A stretch of DNA of 64,000 bases. Source: Anthoceros angustus (lineage: Eukaryota; Plantae; Anthocerotophyta). The DNA lies in contig MU008175.1 of the NCBI GenBank assembly GCA_010909165.1, positions 1,045,370 through 1,109,369 of the forward strand. The letters run 5' to 3'. The position numbers and the translations under genes were made by a program. The notes under the pieces are model-generated. The model was not told the origin of the DNA. It did no database searches and worked only from the letters and a program-made list of their open reading frames with translations. Below, one piece after another: positions 58,901-64,000 of the stretch (position 1 is its first letter; each line of letters starts with the position of its first letter).

Positions 58901-61900
58901 AATTTCAACTCACAATATTGCCCACATTTCAACTGTTAGCACACGCAAGAAAATGCAGCCAAACAAAGCACACCATGAGGAACAGACAGAAGGAAGAATC
59001 GTACACTTCTCTCCCCACTGGCATTTCCAGGCTCCTTCTGAGCCTCGGCGACTAGCTCCCTTTTCTCATCTCGGAATGTTATCACAGATAGCGGTTGCTT
59101 TCTTGCACCGATCCATGCTTGAAGGTGTTCCCCGATTGCAGCATCCAGGAGCACACGCCGGACAGCTGAAATAGTGGCTGAATGCAGCTCCGTTTGAACC
59201 ATCTCCAACACATTTGCCGGGGCCACATCTGCAGTGCTTCTGCTGCCAACTCCAGACTGGCAAGGTAAACGATTGGACATACTGTTCCCCTCAAAACCAG
59301 AATAAAGCCGAGGAAAAAGGCTGTCATCCTGAGCCTGTCTAACAAGATTACTTAAGTTCGTTGGGTGCCACTGGCCATGCATGTCATAGATCTGCAGCAC
59401 ACGATGGCTAGTACTTCAGGGAAATATTAGAGCTAAAAATTCAAAATTCAAGTTTACCTGCAAACAAAAACCTGGAAAAGCAAACAGACAGCAAGACCTG
59501 TAAATCACTATACAGCTGCTTTGTCTCAAGCCAATGTGCCAGCTGCCAGAGCGAAAACGGTCCCTTAAGCACATTGTCAGCTCCTTCATACTGCCAGCGC
59601 AGGTCCTGCCAAGCCTGCCAGAATCAACATGTAAGCCATATATTTTGAAACACTGATACCCATGCATGCACATATTAGCGATATCGAAGGACAAGAACAC
59701 GGTGCTTACCATTTGCAAATCAAAGGCCTCACCATGACCTGCAGAATGAAGGGCTACATGCCCATCATACAGTCCCTCTTGTCCTGGAAACTGCTGATAA
59801 TGTTGTATATCCGCAGCAGCACCAACCAGTGCTGCTACTGAATGCAGTGCGCCACTAGTTTGTTGAAATTCCAGGGGAGCATGCAGCTCATTGTTCTTGC
59901 TTGGCTGCTCATCCAGCTGGTGTCCTGTAAGTCCAGGATCTAACTTTGGGCCTGGCGTGGCCTGTACTACTCCATCGAATCCAGGGGGTAACTCCGGAGT
60001 TTCATCTAGACAAGTACCAGTGTCCTTTTCTGTCATCACCTGGGGAGTCGGCATGGGAAAACCCTGCTAGCATACAAAATATGACCACAGATGAGAAGAC
60101 CAAGGGAGACCAGTTTATTACCAGCATACCTGCTTCAAATATCATACATACCTCTGGAGAAACAGGTCGTTCCCGGCAAATCGTGACGTCCAACCCTGGA
60201 ACCGAAACCTCTGCTTGTGCTGACGCTTCTACATACAGATCTTGCTTCTCTGGCTCAACTACCTGACTAAAGCCGTGTTCAGGAGGAGCCTGATGTATAG
60301 ATGCAGTCGATGCAACGGACAACGAGGAAGGACATGCAGGTGCAGGTGTTGATAATGATGAAAGAGCAGTAGTAGTGCAGACAGGGGCACCAGGTTCCTT
60401 CCCTGACAAGGACACATGACTATCAGAAAGAGACCTCCCATTAACTGGCAAAGTATCCTCATATGATCGAGAGGAGTCATCGAGTCTGAAAGGTCCAATA
60501 TTAGCTTCATCCACCTTTGCTTGTGTTCCCGATGACAAAGGCTGCTCTCCTTCACTCTGATGTACATGCCCATACATGAAACTCGACGTGTGCTGCACAT
60601 CAACAGGTTCACAGTCCGGCTGTGCAAAACCACCAAATGCTGGCGAATATGCTGTGTGCTGTCTTACAGCAACCTCCAAGGGAACCGCCCAAGAGACTTG
60701 CCCGTTAACAACAGGATAAACTGGAAGGTTGGAAGGCAAATATCTGGAAACCATCCCTTCATAAAGCTGTGTCAGACTGTATGGACCAGTCATCACCCCC
60801 TCTGCACTTGGGTACACCCAGCTTTCTGGATGACCGTCATATACCCTAGTTAGGTACTGAAAGGGCCTTGCCATTTCACCATCATTGAGAGCACTTCCAG
60901 CTGCACACCACCTGGTACTGGGTACCGCATCAACGCAAGCATTCCTGCAAAAGTACAGTAACTAGACATCAGTCTGAATCAACTAAAAAGATGAGAGAAT
61001 CTAATAGGGAGAAGAATGAACACAATTACAACTAACCCTTTCATCTGGTTTACAGAGCTCCATGTACCCACAGCTCCATGTAAGTTACGTTCGTCCCTGT
61101 TAGCCCACAAACTGGCATTGCCAGCAGAGAGAAAAGAATCTGAGGACTTCAATCCTTCCCCTACCCCATTCATCTCAGATAGATCTTGTGGTTCAACAGA
61201 AGCGCAGCTGATAAGTTTCACATCTCGATCTGTTACATACTCTTTCGAACTACCATATCTCTGACTTTCAATGGCTCCTTTAGGCTGTAGAGAAATATAC
61301 AACAAGTTAGGATCCACAGGCATCACACAGACTACAGAATCGTATGTGAACATTGACAGCAAAAGAACTTGGCAGTGTCACACAGCAACACCAGAAACCA
61401 CACAGCAACACACACAGTGAGGGTAAAAGTCAGGACCTGCTCATAGATGGAACCGTTGTTGCTAACCCAAGCGTTTTGATGGCTTGATACAACCGAATTT
61501 GAGCCAGCTAGCAGTGGAGCCCTTGGAGAGCCTTCACGGTTCATGGGAGAGCTTCTCATACTTGAGACAGAGGCACCAACTCCAGGAGGTGACTCAATGC
61601 TGCTAGCACCAACATCAAGACACACCCTGCCTACATCTCCTTCACAACTGTCTTGCTGCAACATGCAACATACAATACTAGAGGTGAAAACTTGCACATC
61701 TGACACTTCATGGAGCAACGATCAGACACATTCGGCATAGAAGGGAAGCCAGACTCTCCTCACAAATGCGTCAACACGGAAGCAAAACCCTTCATTTTCT
61801 ACCTTATGAACGCCCAATGGAGCTGGCAGTTCATCAGAACCATCTCCACAATCTGCCTTCACAGTGCTTCCCTGTGGGTGAGAATGGGGAGTCTGAAGAG

Positions 61901-63109
61901 ATGTGCCACCATCACTCGGGGAGGAACAGCCATGTGCAGTCTCCTCAACCAGCCGAGGAGTGGAAGCACTGGTGCCAGAAGGTGGTCCCAATACACGTGG
62001 TACCTCTCCAACGCAGATCCCCTGCCCACGCTGATGCAAGTCTCTGTACTGTCCTTTGACTGGCGAGCAATCAGGCTTGCCAGGAGAAGGAACCCGCTCA
62101 AACGAATCCTGTGCACAAAATATCCGCCATTCAAAAGTCAAGTGGAACCTGACTGTAAAAAAGACGTGCCAAGAAACCATTAGCTAACAGTATCGTTACC
62201 TCGTGACCTGGGCTCAATGCTGCCGGAGGTGCTTGGGAAGAGAAATCTATGCACACACCATGATACAATACCGCAAAGATTAGAGAACACCCAGCCACCA
62301 CGTTCATGATTCGACCAAAAAAACTGACATGAGCGGGGCCGGTGCACCAAAACATAGAAAAGGATGCACGATGAAAACACACCAAACTTCAATCTGCCAC
62401 GACAGCCAAAAATCACATCCCCACCCATCTTATGATCCTCTGGGTTCCTCATTTCAAGTCACCAATCAAGCTCCGTAACACAGTGCGAGCACCGCACCTC
62501 AACTGGCATCTCTTTTCATCATGAACCCTACAGTCATCAGAGACAAAGGAGGATGTTGAGGACAGAATCCAGCGTCTACCTACTCACCGTTCAAATACTC
62601 TCCCTCACTGTCCATCCTAGCTTTTTTCCGCGATGACTGCACACCGCACTCTTCCGTCTCTTCCGAACTGCCAGAACACAATACACACAGACACGCACAC
62701 ATTCAGTAACAGTCCCTTACAAACAATCACCATCTCTAAGAAACTAAGGCGCACGCTAACACGGAGGGGAGCAAACGTACGTCTCGGCTGCCCGCCCCAA
62801 ACCTTCGCCAACTGGCGTGCCCCCTCCGTCAACCTTCCCCGGGGCTGCCTCCTGCGGCTTACCAGCTGACTGTACCATCCTCGACCCCTCCTGAGAGGCC
62901 GGCCTCTTCCTGCCGGAAGCTCCCTCCCGCTTCGCCTCATCGTCCCTAACAATCGCCACGCGCCGACCTTTCTGACTCCTTTCCGGCTGCTCCTGCGAAT
63001 CGCTGCCAAAGCCACTGGAAGCACGCCGCAAATGCACGGCCCCTTCAGTTTCCGCTTCGTCGTCGTGGTCCGGCGGCTTCAGCACGCGCTTCCGGGCTGC
63101 CGCCCGCAT
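55955..63109 (-). CDS. ATXR7: ATXR7/SDG25-like (Set1 class) histone H3K4 methyltransferase, multi-exon; 5' end uncertain
   Basis: GYF-like [23 protein letters not shown]...LPVYP (~60700-60830). SET domain [43 protein letters not shown] and [18 protein letters not shown]. Post-[12 protein letters not shown]|CRGSLN* with the last exon at 55976-55955. Confidence 0.93.
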
Positions 63110-64000
63110 GTCCGTCAGCGACCGCGGCTTGTCCCCGCGCCCGGCCGCATTGCCGCCGCCCCGGCCAAGCTTGTCCGGCCCTGAGCCTGCCCGCGGCCGC
63201 AGCTCCGTCCGCGTTCTGGCGGCTGGCCCGCTGTCCCCACCTGAAAGCCCAGGCCGGGGTCTCTACCGGCCCGGCCTGCTGCCCGCCTGTTCTCCACAGG
63301 ACTCCGCCCGCATCCTCCTCAGACTCCTCCTCCTGCCAGCTCTGTTGTGCCATGCGGCCGCCAGCGGAAGCAAGCCACAAGTCGTGTGCTCACATGGGGC
63401 GCGCCGCCACATCCTTCACATCCTTCGCCTTCTCCGCCTCTTCCCGCTCATCTAACCCTCACACCGAGTGGCCACAGCTTACAGCTTCCTCCCTCCCTCC
63501 CTCCAACACACACCGCCACGCATCCGCGCACCGCAATTGCGAGCACCCCCGCAGCGAAGAAGCAAGAAGCAACCTCGCGGTAGCGTAGCCTAGCCAACAC
63601 TAGCGCCGTGGTGCATCGTACGGAACGGCAAGCCAGCCGGAGCGTGACGAGCGGCAGCCGCACAAGACAACAGGGAGGAACGAGGAGACAGAGGAAGCCA
63701 AGGGATTGGTGCCAGGGCCACCACATAAACCCGAGTCAAATCCCAGCACCTGCGCTCGGGTTACCGTATTCACTACGTAGTCTACCTCGTGTCACTACCT
63801 CTCCCTTTCACACCACCAATCTCCATGATGTGGGCCCAACTTGCGTAGGTATAGGTATGTACCTACTTACCCACTCTTCGAACCTTCGAACAAGGAAACT
63901 GAGTTTTTGTATTCAGGTATTGATAACAATCTCTGGTCGGGCAAGTGACGTCCACAACCGAGACCTCGCTCCCGCATTAAGAAAAGGTCACCTCTAATAC

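Noticed and set aside
60002-60160. Apparent frameshift in ATXR7 between ORFs 60002-60874 and 59416-60054
   Set aside because: A GT-AG intron explains it (donor near 60150 or 60128, acceptor ..GCTAGCAG| near 60065).

Overview
Eukaryotic nuclear DNA from a compact-genome land plant (GT-AG introns of about 80-200 nt). The very dense PLS-class PPR genes suggest a non-seed plant such as a hornwort; that taxon call is inference. The left ~38 kb is gene-dense: a plastid GPT translocator, PDCT/ROD1, six PLS-E/E+ PPR RNA-editing-factor genes with no DYW domain, a PFK5-like phosphofructokinase and cytosolic PheRS beta. The PPR genes are often head-to-head with a neighbour, and several share an MRKG...CRRLSS-type leader. 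The PFK reading frame does not stop at the family's usual STGQPDF end; it runs on for ~407 aa of Pro/Ser repeats plus a small globular domain. From 38 to 54 kb is a TE/pseudogene block. It holds an old chromodomain-type Ty3/gypsy element whose LTRs appear to end AG...CT rather than TG...CA, and a 3.7-kb TG...CA insertion with a perfect TSD but no LTR pair nested in its gag. It also holds a THADA gene fragment, PPR debris and a decayed CRE-like RT-REL LINE. The right end is an ATXR7/SDG25-like H3K4 methyltransferase gene on the minus strand. No rRNA, intact tRNA or CRISPR array was seen. Exon boundaries were read by eye.
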